A stretch of DNA of 64,000 nucleotides from an uncultured delta proteobacterium (GCA_963735595.1 CAVTLK010000005.1:704001-768000), one strand, 5' to 3'. Shown: positions 22,240 through 31,778, counted from the stretch's first letter. Notes: generated by a model from the sequence alone, not told the origin. Translations and numbers: made by a program.

Positions 22240-23415
22240 CTAACGGGATTGGTCCAGCGCTCCAACGGCCCCGGGAGCTTTCATCGTTTCCATGAGGCGC
22301 TGCCTGATCAACGCCTTCGGTGCGAGGAAGATCGAACCATCGGGGATTGGCTCGTTGTAAGAAGTCAGGGGTGTTTTAACGAACTCGTCGAAGCGGGAGG
22401 GGTCCACCGGATAAAACGGTCGGATAACCGCCTCGATACCATAATCGAATTCGTTCTTGATGAGGTTCGAATAGGGTGAGAAATAGCCGTACTCCTCGAG
22501 CTGCTCGGCGAAAACGGGGTCCTCTCCCCCCTTAACGCAAAACATAATATGGCTGATGTAGCTGGTTGGGTAGTTTGTCTGATTGTAGAGACCCACTACG
22601 ATGTCTCCTTCCCGGGGGATATATTGAAAGCTATCTACCCGTGGAAGCCTGACCCGTACGGGGAATTCTTTCTTATGTTCCTTCCAATAGACGAAGGCAT
22701 CCAGGCCGGTTTCCGGGTTCTTCTTCATGGCGACAATCCACCGCTTATTGTATGTCCGCTCGAAGTAGATCCACGAAAACTCGGCGTAATTAAGATCCAT
22801 GTAGTCATAGAAGGAATAGAAGTTCCGGCGGCGTGCCTTATTCATGGATGACTCGAGGCTTCCAGCCCATGTCAGTTCAAGCTTTCCTCGCATCACGTCA
22901 GTGAAAACGGCGCCCCAGTAAAGCATCTCCACCGCGTTCGCGTACCCGAATTCGCGCGCCAACGCGATAACCCACTTGGGATAGTTCATCTGGACTCCGC
23001 CGAGGCAGTTCGGTCGTTCGTCTTCCGGTGTCACTCGGAGTTCAAAATGACCCAGAGAGAATGTGTCCCAGAAGGGGGTGCGATAGAAGGGGAACTCTTT
23101 GCCCAATGGCTCAAAGGGGAGACTCGCGTGGGTTATAATCGTATCGCGGATGTAGGGATTCGGGCTCTCCTGAATAAGTCCAATACTATCCGGGGGTGGC
23201 GTGGCCGCCGTCTCGGAGGGTCTACCCAGTAACGTTGCACACCCGACGAGCAGGGGTAAGATGAGAACGATAGGCAATACAACAAAACGGCGCATAACCG
23301 CCGGGCCAGGTAATCCGGTGACGGCCATCCCCGTGTCAACGCTCTTCGAGAACACGCGGGATTCGCGCCGTCCGAGACGTCGGCCTTGTCTGGTTTGTTT
23401 CTGGATCTCTCTCAT
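22240..23415 (-). CDS. Hypothetical lipoprotein, possibly NlpC/P60-like
   Basis: LLVGC lipobox; NCLGG ... GDIV ... SHI spacing; true start probably downstream of 23415. Confidence 0.4.
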   Translation of the reverse strand: MREIQKQTRQGRRLGRRESRVFSKSVDTGMAVTGLPGPAVMRRFVVLPIVLILPLLVGCATLLGRPSETAATPPPDSIGLIQESPNPYIRDTIITHASLPFEPLGKEFPFYRTPFWDTFSLGHFELRVTPEDERPNCLGGVQMNYPKWVIALAREFGYANAVEMLYWGAVFTDVMRGKLELTWAGSLESSMNKARRRNFYSFYDYMDLNYAEFSWIYFERTYNKRWIVAMKKNPETGLDAFVYWKEHKKEFPVRVRLPRVDSFQYIPREGDIVVGLYNQTNYPTSYISHIMFCVKGGEDPVFAEQLEEYGYFSPYSNLIKNEFDYGIEAVIRPFYPVDPSRFDEFVKTPLTSYNEPIPDGSIFLAPKALIRQRLMETMKAPGAVGALDQSR

Positions 23416-23512
23416 AGTCTAAAACCGGTAAATAGTATCAAATGATTGGCGCCAGATAATCGGTCTAAGAGTTCGGGGAATAACTGAGCTACTGATTACG
23501 TACTTCGAACCG

Positions 23513-24751
23513 CTACCGCACGTTCTTGTCGGCGTAAAGGCGCTCCTCACAGTGTTTGATCATATCGCCGACCTGAAGCTGGAAGTCCTTATTGATCAGG
23601 TCCAACGAGCGCTCATCCATAAAACCCTGTGCAACTGAACGGGCCTTGTCGTATTCCCCCAGGTTAAAATAGGCCTGGTAGAGAAGCTCCATGAACTGGA
23701 AGTGAAGTTTCTCCGCAAGCCTTTTATCCTTTACCTGGTACCAGAGTTTTTGTTCGTAGTGCATTGAGGTCCGACTAATGACTTTGCGGTCCTCTTTCCC
23801 GAGAAATCGCTTATTGTAGGTAATGATCCCCGAAAGGTATTGGGACATCGGTGCCTCTTCCTCTTGATTCTCCTTCATCTCCTCCATGTCTTTTTGGGCT
23901 TCCTCATTCTTTTCCATGTTCCTTTTCTGTTCGTTGAGGACGGTATCGATCGTCTCGGGAGTGAGCTTGATATCCTTGAGGCTTGACATGTAGTCATTTG
24001 GTTGCATAAGGAGGGTGATATCGTTCAGACCGTTGGCAAGGTAAAGGTCAGACACCTGAACCATTACCTCGAAGGGCATATTGGTCTCGACTATTTCGTG
24101 GGAAACGAATAGGAGCGCCCGGCCCAATGTGGGGTATTCCTTGAAAAGAGGGTAGTTGCGCATAATCTCGGAGGCAATGAAAAAGGCCTGGTTGTGCGAT
24201 CGCTGGGGGTCACCCATCCCATATGCCTTGCGGGAGCGGAGAACCTGCAGAGTTTTTTCTCCATTATAGCCGAGCTTCTCGAAGAGCGCCTCCGCCTCGG
24301 AAAAACCGACGATAATGTAATAATCGACGTGAACCTCGAGGTAATCCTGGACGGCCTTAATGGTTCCCTCACGACCCTCAAGCGAGTATGTGTTGGCGAT
24401 GATCTCTTTACCATCCATTATTTTTTCGCTCATGGTCCCCCGGGGAATCGAGGTGATTCTAATTTTTCCCTGATAGGGGAGGAGCGTCATGAGATGAATG
24501 GCATCGGCCCTTCGATCGTGTTGGCCTCGACGGCCGTCGAGGCCGAGAATGAGGACGTTAATCCGTTTTGGGGACGCCGGGAGATCCGGGAGAAACACAA
24601 GCTTCTCGAGGAGCTCATGATAGTAAACGATCTTGCCTTTCCAATCGGTAAACCAGTTGCCGGCCAGCGCCGATCCGGGAACGACGGACAGAATAAGGAG
24701 GACAGCAACAAAGATGGATGTTTTCTTAATTGAGTTCATTTCCTTCCGCAA
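23513..24751 (-). CDS. LytR-CpsA-Psr (LCP) family protein
   Basis: INVLILGLD.R...RADAI.L...SIPR, RSRK...GD.QRS.NQ. Confidence 0.8.
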   Translation of the reverse strand: MRKEMNSIKKTSIFVAVLLILSVVPGSALAGNWFTDWKGKIVYYHELLEKLVFLPDLPASPKRINVLILGLDGRRGQHDRRADAIHLMTLLPYQGKIRITSIPRGTMSEKIMDGKEIIANTYSLEGREGTIKAVQDYLEVHVDYYIIVGFSEAEALFEKLGYNGEKTLQVLRSRKAYGMGDPQRSHNQAFFIASEIMRNYPLFKEYPTLGRALLFVSHEIVETNMPFEVMVQVSDLYLANGLNDITLLMQPNDYMSSLKDIKLTPETIDTVLNEQKRNMEKNEEAQKDMEEMKENQEEEAPMSQYLSGIITYNKRFLGKEDRKVISRTSMHYEQKLWYQVKDKRLAEKLHFQFMELLYQAYFNLGEYDKARSVAQGFMDERSLDLINKDFQLQVGDMIKHCEERLYADKNVR

Positions 24752-24811
24752 CTTTCCGAGTATAGACCTTTAATTATATAATCACTTTCCGGTAAAAGTC
24801 AAGCAGATCAA

Positions 24812-25066
24812 TTAATTTTTCCTAATACGGGGATCACCCGTCTCCAACCGGCCGGTCACTCGTCGCCTAAAATGACGCTCTATCTTCTTAATCCGATGAC
24901 TGACCGCTGATTGGCTAAGGTTGAGCTTTCGGGCGATCCATTCCTGACTCTTACCGGCCCGGTGCATCAGCCAAACGAACAGATCATCGTCGGGGAGTTC
25001 CATAAGGGCCTTTTCGTATCGAGAGAAGAAGGTTTCCGATGGGAGGTAGCAATCGGGATTAAACAT
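24812..25066 (-). CDS. Small sigma-70 region-4-like HTH protein (candidate activator of the phage-like modules)
   Basis: AGGAG RBS; YEKALMELPD..LFVWLMHRAGKSQEWIA.KL.LSQSAVS.RIKKI; paralog of 6703-6933. Confidence 0.75.
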   Translation of the reverse strand: MFNPDCYLPSETFFSRYEKALMELPDDDLFVWLMHRAGKSQEWIARKLNLSQSAVSHRIKKIERHFRRRVTGRLETGDPRIRKN

Positions 25067-25098
25067 ATACTGACTCCTTTTGTGTATGACCGGACGAT

Positions 25099-25266
25099 AC
25101 AATATGAAATAGTTCCCAATATGTCAACACGAGTCTTAGTCGATATCCCACTTATGGCAACTATTTGCTCTGGAATATTCCCAATACGTCAACTAATCCC
25201 CGATTATCTCGACTTATTTAGGTGTGTACGAATATAGTTGACATAACAGAAACTTACTACTACTAT
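25099..25266. promoter_or_regulatory. Divergent promoters with an array of 17-bp operators
   Basis: Minus strand TTGACA(25127-25122)-17-TATTGT; plus strand TTGACA(25238)-17-TACTAT; repeats of GTTCCCAATATGTCAAC type. Confidence 0.75.
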
Positions 25267-25272
25267 GGTACT

Positions 25273-25821
25273 ATGAGCGACGGAGAAAATATTAAGAATA
25301 TACGAAGAAAGAAGGGATTAACCCAGGAAGAGCTCGGGGGGTTGTTAGGCGTCGGGAAATCGGCCGTCAGCCGGTGGGAATCGGGCGAGCGAGAGGTGAC
25401 GCTGGGTACGATGCGAGGCATCGCCACCGCCCTCGGCGTCCCCCTCGAATGGCTGGTGGAAGGGCTCGACTCTTCGGATGACCCTCCTATAGACGAGCAA
25501 AACCGCGGCATTCGTAAGAAAGATGGTACTATCTATGATTCAGGGCAGCTCAACGTCAGATCGAACGTGGACGAAGCATCGCACCGGATACCCGACGCGG
25601 CGGACCCCGATCATATTGGAGCCGTCTCGGAAAGGCAGGAGAATTTCAACGATCGGTCCCAAATATACCTCACCATACCCCGGATTGATGATCCCGAACT
25701 GATATCGGCTTTCGAGGGTTTCAAGGAATTGGATAAACTGACTCCGTCTGATATCGACGACATCAAGGCGATTCTAAAGATCGCCCAGCGGATTATCGAG
25801 AAACGGAGAAAGCTGGAGTAG
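25273..25821 (+). CDS. XRE-family HTH transcriptional repressor
   Basis: IKNIRRKKGLTQEELG.LLGV.KSAVSRWESGER; no S24 peptidase domain. Confidence 0.9.
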   Translation: MSDGENIKNIRRKKGLTQEELGGLLGVGKSAVSRWESGEREVTLGTMRGIATALGVPLEWLVEGLDSSDDPPIDEQNRGIRKKDGTIYDSGQLNVRSNVDEASHRIPDAADPDHIGAVSERQENFNDRSQIYLTIPRIDDPELISAFEGFKELDKLTPSDIDDIKAILKIAQRIIEKRRKLE

Positions 25822-25977
25822 TCAAAGGACGGTGCCGGAAGCGGAGCGGTAAGGCAATCCGATAGGATTCAGATTTGGCGCGTAACGCCGGGTCGGGCAT
25901 CGGGGGATATCACACCCCTCGCGGCCGATCGTCTTAAAAGTTTCAGGAATACTATTCCTTCACGGAAACATACGTCC

Positions 25978-27660
25978 ATGAAGTTCCTTGATGCACACGA
26001 GATTACGATGCAGAACCTTCTCCTGGATAAAAACCGGGCATATAAGGTTCCGATCTATCAACGGCCTTACGTCTGGAACGAAGAACAATGGCAGGAGCTT
26101 TACGACGACCTGCTGGGGTTGGCCGATTCAGATGTCCATTTCCTGGGTTCCGTGGTCGTTGTAAGCGATCAGAAGACAAGTGCCGCCGTGGAATATTACC
26201 AGGTCGTAGATGGGCAACAACGCCTGGCCACGATCCTGATATGGTTGGCGGCCCTGCGGGACTCCCTCAGGCAACGCGGCGAAACGGAGCTGGCCGACTA
26301 CCTGACCGGTTTCCTCTTTATCACCCAATACAGCGACGGGCAGTTCATCAGGATTCCGAAACTCACTCTCGGCGAATTCGACAACCCGCTCTTTCAGGAA
26401 ATCCTCGAGGGGACCCCCCTCCGAGCGAACGAGAGCCTCCTGAATAAATGCTATGCCTATTACCGTGATAAGAACGAGGAAGATATTCTATCCGGCCTCC
26501 TCAATAAGATTTCCATCGTACATATCAATGTATTTTCACATCTCAACGCCTTCCGGCTTTTCGATACCCTCAACGATCGAGGGTTGGAGCTTTCCTCCGT
26601 TGATCTGGTCAAGAACTTCCTGCTCATGAAGGTATCCGGTATACGCGAGATATTCGACGAAACTATCTTCTTGTGGAACGAGATGTTCACAAGGGTCAGG
26701 GATAAGGACCCGGTTAAGTTCCTCAGACGCTACGTGCTGTCCCGGTTTAAGGGAAAGGTCCCCGAGGCCCGCCTCTATGAGAAGATTATAGTTGCCCTCG
26801 CTCATGCCGAACCGGCCGACATTAAGGCCTTTACCGCCGATATGGCCGAAAAGGCGGCAATCTACGATAAGATCGTTCGGGCCGGGTTTTCGTCGGAGGC
26901 CGTAAACCGACGCCTTAAGAATCTCCACCTTGTTGAGGTAACGCCTTCTTATTCCCTTCTCCTTCCGGTTTTTTCGGCTTTTGAGGCCGGGACTCGAAAT
27001 ATATCCGAGCAAGACGTTTGCGATATCCTTCGCGCCATCGAGGCGTTCCACATTCGCTGGGGGATCTCCGGCCGCTTTACCGGAAACCTTGATCAAATAT
27101 ACAACACGATCTGTCTCGAGCTTGCGGGCCACGACCCATCCCAATATCGCGAGTTCATTACAAATACGCTCGCAGAGGAATTGCTGGAAAACGGCATTGA
27201 TGACAGAACGTTTGCCCGCAGCTTCATCACCCGACCCTTCAAAGGTAACGAGTCTCGGACTAAATATATACTCTTGACGCTTTCGCAGCTCATGAAACCG
27301 GACGAACAGCCGGTGGATGTCGGCCTTGTTACCACCGAACACATCATGCCGGTGGTGCTTGGAACGCGGTGGCGGGAAGAACTTATCAATGAAGTGAGAT
27401 CAAAAGATGAGATTCTCAAGCTTCATCGGGAAAACATGGGTCGTATCGGGAACTTAACCCTCGTCACCGGAGACTGGAATTTGGGGCACTCCAACCGTGC
27501 ATTCTCCGAGAAAAAGGAGAAGAAATACTACTGGGACACGGAGCTTGCTATTACTAATACCTTGTTGAGTTACGACCGATGGGGATTCGAACAGATCGAT
27601 CGACGGAGCCGTGAGCTCTTTGATCTTGTAAAAAAGAGCCGGCTTTGGAAAATCGCGTAA
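25978..27660 (+). CDS. DUF262-DUF1524 (GmrSD-like) nuclease, putative defence protein
   Basis: VP.YQRPY.W, VVDGQQRL.T, F.TLNDRG, EHIMP, IGNLTL...N. Confidence 0.85.
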   Translation: MKFLDAHEITMQNLLLDKNRAYKVPIYQRPYVWNEEQWQELYDDLLGLADSDVHFLGSVVVVSDQKTSAAVEYYQVVDGQQRLATILIWLAALRDSLRQRGETELADYLTGFLFITQYSDGQFIRIPKLTLGEFDNPLFQEILEGTPLRANESLLNKCYAYYRDKNEEDILSGLLNKISIVHINVFSHLNAFRLFDTLNDRGLELSSVDLVKNFLLMKVSGIREIFDETIFLWNEMFTRVRDKDPVKFLRRYVLSRFKGKVPEARLYEKIIVALAHAEPADIKAFTADMAEKAAIYDKIVRAGFSSEAVNRRLKNLHLVEVTPSYSLLLPVFSAFEAGTRNISEQDVCDILRAIEAFHIRWGISGRFTGNLDQIYNTICLELAGHDPSQYREFITNTLAEELLENGIDDRTFARSFITRPFKGNESRTKYILLTLSQLMKPDEQPVDVGLVTTEHIMPVVLGTRWREELINEVRSKDEILKLHRENMGRIGNLTLVTGDWNLGHSNRAFSEKKEKKYYWDTELAITNTLLSYDRWGFEQIDRRSRELFDLVKKSRLWKIA

Positions 27661-27762
27661 GACGAGTCCCCACCTTCTCACGTTAGAAACGGAGAAAACC
27701 GGCCGGTCGAGTGGCCACGGAGATATTCGTGGAATGTTGTGAATCGAAATGGAGATAATCAG

Positions 27763-27969
27763 ATGGTACTATTTCTGCTGCTTATTATCGTCGCTGCGGT
27801 AGTTCTCTATATCTTGTATACCCAGGGGAAGCTCGGCACCGGGGACAAAGACCCTCTCAATGTCTTCAAGAAGAAGGAAACGCCGCGGGAAGTCCTGGAC
27901 AGGAGATTTGCCGCCGGCGAGATTGGAGAAGAAGAATACCGACGGATGAAGAAAACACTCGAAGAGTAG
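27763..27969 (+). CDS. SHOCT-domain membrane protein
   Basis: TM helix followed by L.RRFA.GEI.EEEY..MK..L. Confidence 0.8.
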   Translation: MVLFLLLIIVAAVVLYILYTQGKLGTGDKDPLNVFKKKETPREVLDRRFAAGEIGEEEYRRMKKTLEE

Positions 27970-28137
27970 TAAAGCTTCGCTATAGCACGACCGACCCTCC
28001 GGTGCCCTCAAAGCGAACGGCGGCCCCGGCCCGTTATGCTCGGACGGGCCGGGCAATACTCGACTATTGCAAACGCCGTTTGTCGCCCCGAGTTCCCTCG
28101 CCTTCAGTTATCAATACCGGCTTGCCCGGACCTTTAT

Positions 28138-28725
28138 CTACCCGCGCCCAAATCGGTTGAGATGGAGGATCCGTTCCATCGTCCGCTTCGGTACCCGGTG
28201 GGAACCCGCCTCATCCTGATAATACCGAACGTCGCTTCCTTGGGTATCCTCGGCCGCCGGCTTCTGAGCCGGATATCCCACCGCGATCATCGCGTCAATC
28301 TCGTATCCGGCGGGGATCGCCAGTAGACTGCGAATTTGATCACGATCGATATTGCGGATGAAGCACGCGCCAAGACCGTGCGCAACGGCAGCCAACAGCG
28401 CGTTTTGAACGGCGCATCCAACATCGTATTCATACCCGGATTTCATGATCGTCGTATTGACGAGCACCGCGATATAGGCGGCCGGGCGTACCTCGGCCAC
28501 CGGCCGCTCCTTCTGCGGTAACAGCGCGCCCATCCGGGTATATGGAAAGAGCCCGGAGACCGTGATTTCATCATCGACGACGATATATTCGAGGGGCTGA
28601 AGGTTAACCGCCGATGGGGCAAGCCGGGCGGCGTTCACCATCTCCAGGAGTAAGGCCCGATCCACCAGCCTTTGATCATACCTGCGAATGCTCCGTCTGG
28701 TACGGATCGCAGAGATTACGTCCAT
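28138..28725 (-). CDS. Nitroreductase family protein
   Basis: I.TRRSIRRY, APS..N.QP, GLG.C, VGYP. Confidence 0.9.
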   Translation of the reverse strand: MDVISAIRTRRSIRRYDQRLVDRALLLEMVNAARLAPSAVNLQPLEYIVVDDEITVSGLFPYTRMGALLPQKERPVAEVRPAAYIAVLVNTTIMKSGYEYDVGCAVQNALLAAVAHGLGACFIRNIDRDQIRSLLAIPAGYEIDAMIAVGYPAQKPAAEDTQGSDVRYYQDEAGSHRVPKRTMERILHLNRFGRG

Positions 28726-28811
28726 AATTTCTCCACTTCATATGTCGTTAAACTTCTTACGTATTCTGCTTCGTAAGCCTAATGTATCGGTTATAAAATG
28801 TCCATCGAAAT

Positions 28812-28849
28812 TCATATTCTCAATAGTCCGACCGCCCCAGCCGTACAAT
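28812..28849 (+). promoter_or_regulatory. Putative late promoter of the head module
   Basis: TCATATTCTCAATAG-17bp-TACAAT. Confidence 0.7.
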
Positions 28850-28881
28850 GATCATCAAGAATATCTTGGAGAGGAGTACGT

Positions 28882-29592
28882 ATGGTTGATGCTAACAGGT
28901 TTAGTATTTCAAGGCCGTCGGCGATTGCTGCCGATCCCGCACTAATCCGTTCGGGTATCGAGCCGGCGGCATCTGGCGGTGGCGCGCCGTCCGGTGGTGA
29001 TGCGGTAGAAACGGGTGATGGTTTTGATACTGCGCCGCTGGAGCGGCTGGTCCAGCTACTGGAGGCCCTTGCGGAACGGATTGAGACCCTCACTGAATTG
29101 ATGGCGCCGCTTGGCGAGAAACCGTGTGCGGACGGGGATAGCTCTTCGAGGGAGGTGATAGCCCGGGAAATTGAAGCGGCCGCCGACGCGCTGATCTACA
29201 CGGATTTTTTCCAGAAGGCCGTTGAACTCGGAATGAGCCCTAACATGGTTGCCGACGCCTATAAACTTGCCGACCTGACGGGCATAACGGCTAATCTGGA
29301 GACCAAGGAGGTAATTGGTACGAATGCGGCGGTCAATACCCTTCTTGAGAAGAGGCCGTATCTTTTCATCGTCCATCAGGTCGACATCGGAACGGAGACC
29401 AATCCAGTTAAAGGGCCGTCTTCTCATCCTGACGAGGTTGAGGGCCTGGCGCGGACGCTCGGAGTAAGCCCTGAGTTCGCCGCCGCGCTTGTCAGGAAAA
29501 GGTCGGACAAAGTGCGCGGCGATGTGGCGCTCTCCGACATATGGAGGATCCCGCGCGCCAACAGGCTTTCGTTTCTCGAAAACAAAGAATAG
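28882..29592 (+). CDS. Putative capsid scaffolding protein
   Basis: Low-complexity N-terminus, coiled coil, DAYKLADL.GI...V.G...AV..LLE.RPYLF; first gene of the head operon. Confidence 0.6.
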   Translation: MVDANRFSISRPSAIAADPALIRSGIEPAASGGGAPSGGDAVETGDGFDTAPLERLVQLLEALAERIETLTELMAPLGEKPCADGDSSSREVIAREIEAAADALIYTDFFQKAVELGMSPNMVADAYKLADLTGITANLETKEVIGTNAAVNTLLEKRPYLFIVHQVDIGTETNPVKGPSSHPDEVEGLARTLGVSPEFAAALVRKRSDKVRGDVALSDIWRIPRANRLSFLENKE

Positions 29593-29610
29593 TCCTAAAG
29601 AGGAGTACAC

Positions 29611-30087
29611 ATGGCAACTTACATGAAATATGGTTACAGCTACGGTCCCCGGGTCGTTGTCACGGCCAGAGTGGCGGATACCGGCACGATTGATGACGGC
29701 GATATCGTCGTCTTGGACGCGGTGGGTGGGGCCGCCGGAGCTGGATACATCAAGAAGTGGAGCGCCGCGTCCGATCCCATCGTGGGTGTCGCTCTTGAAA
29801 AGGTCGAGCAGAAGCCCGATGCAGACGGCGATGAATCCATACAAATCGTGCTGGCGATACCGGGTAGCGTCTTCGTTTATCCCGCCCAGGGCGTCGGGCG
29901 GGGCCATTGCTTCCAGACCTGCGATATCAACGGGCCCCAGTCGGTGAACATTGCGGCCGATACCTACAAGAACGCCTGGATCATCGAGGTTGACGAGGAA
30001 ATGGGTTTGGCCTATGCGATGCTGAAGGGGCCGTTTTCGGAAAACGATACCGGATCGGACATCGACTACGGCACGGCAGGTGCCTAA
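29611..30087 (+). CDS. Putative capsid decoration/cement protein
   Basis: I..GD.V.L...IVGVA beta-rich pattern; lies between scaffold and capsid genes. Confidence 0.5.
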   Translation: MATYMKYGYSYGPRVVVTARVADTGTIDDGDIVVLDAVGGAAGAGYIKKWSAASDPIVGVALEKVEQKPDADGDESIQIVLAIPGSVFVYPAQGVGRGHCFQTCDINGPQSVNIAADTYKNAWIIEVDEEMGLAYAMLKGPFSENDTGSDIDYGTAGA

Positions 30088-30108
30088 TAACACAATAGGA
30101 GAACGTGT

Positions 30109-31092
30109 ATGGGAATTATGGTATCAGGCAATTTTCCCGAGCTTCTTACCCAGGATCTCTACGAATGGTATTTCGAATCATACGACGCCGAAGGAACGGT
30201 CTATGACAAGATCGTCGAGGTCGTGCCGGTATCGACGGGAGACGGGATAAAGGGTACCGAGGTTATCGGGGTTTCCCGGCTCAAGGAAGTCCCGGATGGG
30301 CAGGAGATACCGCTCACCGAACCCTCCGAGGGATGGACCTGGTATATCAAGTTCAAGACGTACAAGGACCAAATCGCGCTTACCGACGATATGCTGAGTG
30401 ACCTCAATGCGGGGAAACTTAACGCCGATCTCATGGAATTTGCCAGGGGCTGGGGCGAAGGAGTCAGGATTACCGAAGAGGAGGCGGTTGCCCGAGTCTT
30501 CAATAAGGGTGCGATGGGGGCCGGCGACCGTATCGCGTTTAACGGCTCGTTCACCAACAACGACGATCCGTATCCGAAGTTCATTTACGACGGAAAGGGA
30601 TTCTTTGGGGCCGGGGCGGACGGCCACCCCTTTAAGCTCAAAGGCTCAGTCAGACTGAATAACCTCACTACGAGCCTGGATATGAGCTACGATACTATCC
30701 AGACCGTCTATTCGGCGATGGCCGTTACCAATGCGGTAAACGAGCGGGGAGAGCGGGTCAAGATCGAGCCCAATGTTATCGTTACCAATCCCAAGAACCG
30801 ATTTGTCCTTGATCAGATTCTACAGTCCGTCTACGAGATAGACGCCTACGGGAACAAGAATGTCCTGGAAGGGATGTTTACACCGGTTTACTGGCGGTAT
30901 ATCGAAGACGATAACGCCTGGTACATGGGCGTGGCTCGTCGGGGTGTTCGTTTCTATGACCGCCAGCCGGCCAAGATCACTGTCTACCGTGACGAGGCCA
31001 CCGATACCTGGTTTGCCAAGATAAAACGACGTTTCGGTGTTGGCGTGGTCCAGTGGCGCTATTGGTACGCGTGTAACGTGGCCACAAGTTGA
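30109..31092 (+). CDS. Major capsid protein (HK97 fold, Mu gpT-like)
   Basis: 327 aa; NFPELL, L.EVP.G.EI, Y...IALT..M..D, E..VA.VFN, YDGK.FF...HP, NERGE.V.I.P..IV, AWY. Confidence 0.8.
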   Translation: MGIMVSGNFPELLTQDLYEWYFESYDAEGTVYDKIVEVVPVSTGDGIKGTEVIGVSRLKEVPDGQEIPLTEPSEGWTWYIKFKTYKDQIALTDDMLSDLNAGKLNADLMEFARGWGEGVRITEEEAVARVFNKGAMGAGDRIAFNGSFTNNDDPYPKFIYDGKGFFGAGADGHPFKLKGSVRLNNLTTSLDMSYDTIQTVYSAMAVTNAVNERGERVKIEPNVIVTNPKNRFVLDQILQSVYEIDAYGNKNVLEGMFTPVYWRYIEDDNAWYMGVARRGVRFYDRQPAKITVYRDEATDTWFAKIKRRFGVGVVQWRYWYACNVATS

Positions 31093-31110
31093 TTGGGTAC
31101 TATTTTTGGT

Positions 31111-31128
31111 GGGGAGGGAAACCTCCCC
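31111..31128 (+). terminator. GAAA-tetraloop hairpin after the capsid gene
   Basis: GGGGAGG-GAAA-CCTCCCC with only a weak U-tail. Confidence 0.45.
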
Positions 31129-31150
31129 CGTTGCTATTAAGGAGACGGGC

Positions 31151-31438
31151 ATGGCGATTATCAGCGATATTCAGGTTTCGAAACACGGTTGGTTTTCCAA
31201 CGATGTTATTAAGGCACTCACCGATTCGTTCGTGGAGTTTGAATTCGGGTTCGCCTCTTTTTCCATCACGGTTTTCAATGACGCCGAGAGCGGTTGGATC
31301 GAATACTCGTTTGACGGACCTAACGCTAATGGAAGGGTAATGCCGGGGGAAACGCGGAAGATGGACTTCTGCCGTCACGGGGCGATATGGCTGCGGGGGG
31401 AGAGCGGGGCCGAACCCTATCGCTTGGAGGTCTACTGA
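31151..31438 (+). CDS. Phage head-module hypothetical protein
   Basis: AAGGAG RBS; TGATG coupling to the next gene. Confidence 0.6.
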   Translation: MAIISDIQVSKHGWFSNDVIKALTDSFVEFEFGFASFSITVFNDAESGWIEYSFDGPNANGRVMPGETRKMDFCRHGAIWLRGESGAEPYRLEVY

Positions 31439-31644
31439 TGGGATTCACGAAAGAACAGCTGGGTGCCGTGGAGGCCGAGATCGCTTCCCTTAAGGCCGGC
31501 ACCTTTTCAATAGGCCAGCTGAGCGTTGACCAGGAAAAGACTCTGGCCGCGCTCATCCGTCTGCGGGAGGTCATGATGGCCGATCTGGCCGGCAGCGAAG
31601 GGATAAGGTTTGGCAGGGCCATGATCGACGGAATGGACAGGTAG
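31438..31644 (+). CDS. gpW-like head-tail joining protein
   Basis: 68 aa; FT.EQL.AVEA.IAS...L..L..LR..M..DL helix-hairpin-helix pattern. Confidence 0.6.
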   Translation: MGFTKEQLGAVEAEIASLKAGTFSIGQLSVDQEKTLAALIRLREVMMADLAGSEGIRFGRAMIDGMDR

Positions 31645-31740
31645 CAATAACGAATTGAAAGATGATCGGTCCATTTGGTTGCATGGTCGTCGTTTAGACG
31701 GCACCTGTAAGGGCTCGAGTGCGTTGGTAGTTTCTAAGCT

Positions 31741-31778
31741 GGGCGTCCGGAATCTTATACGCCGGAGGCCCGTTTTTT
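31741..31778 (+). terminator. Intrinsic terminator of the head module
   Basis: GGGCGTCCGG...CCGGAGGCCC followed by GTTTTTT. Confidence 0.6.

Noticed and set aside
25093..25107. Late-promoter core TCATATT on the minus strand over the activator's own -10 box
   Set aside because: Only the 7-mer matches, with no downstream -10 at 17 bp; this 7-mer also occurs by chance elsewhere (for example near 3323, 15572 and 44529).
25112..25253. Mini CRISPR array
   Set aside because: Repeats are 17 bp, degenerate and one is inverted; spacers are too short and there are no cas genes.
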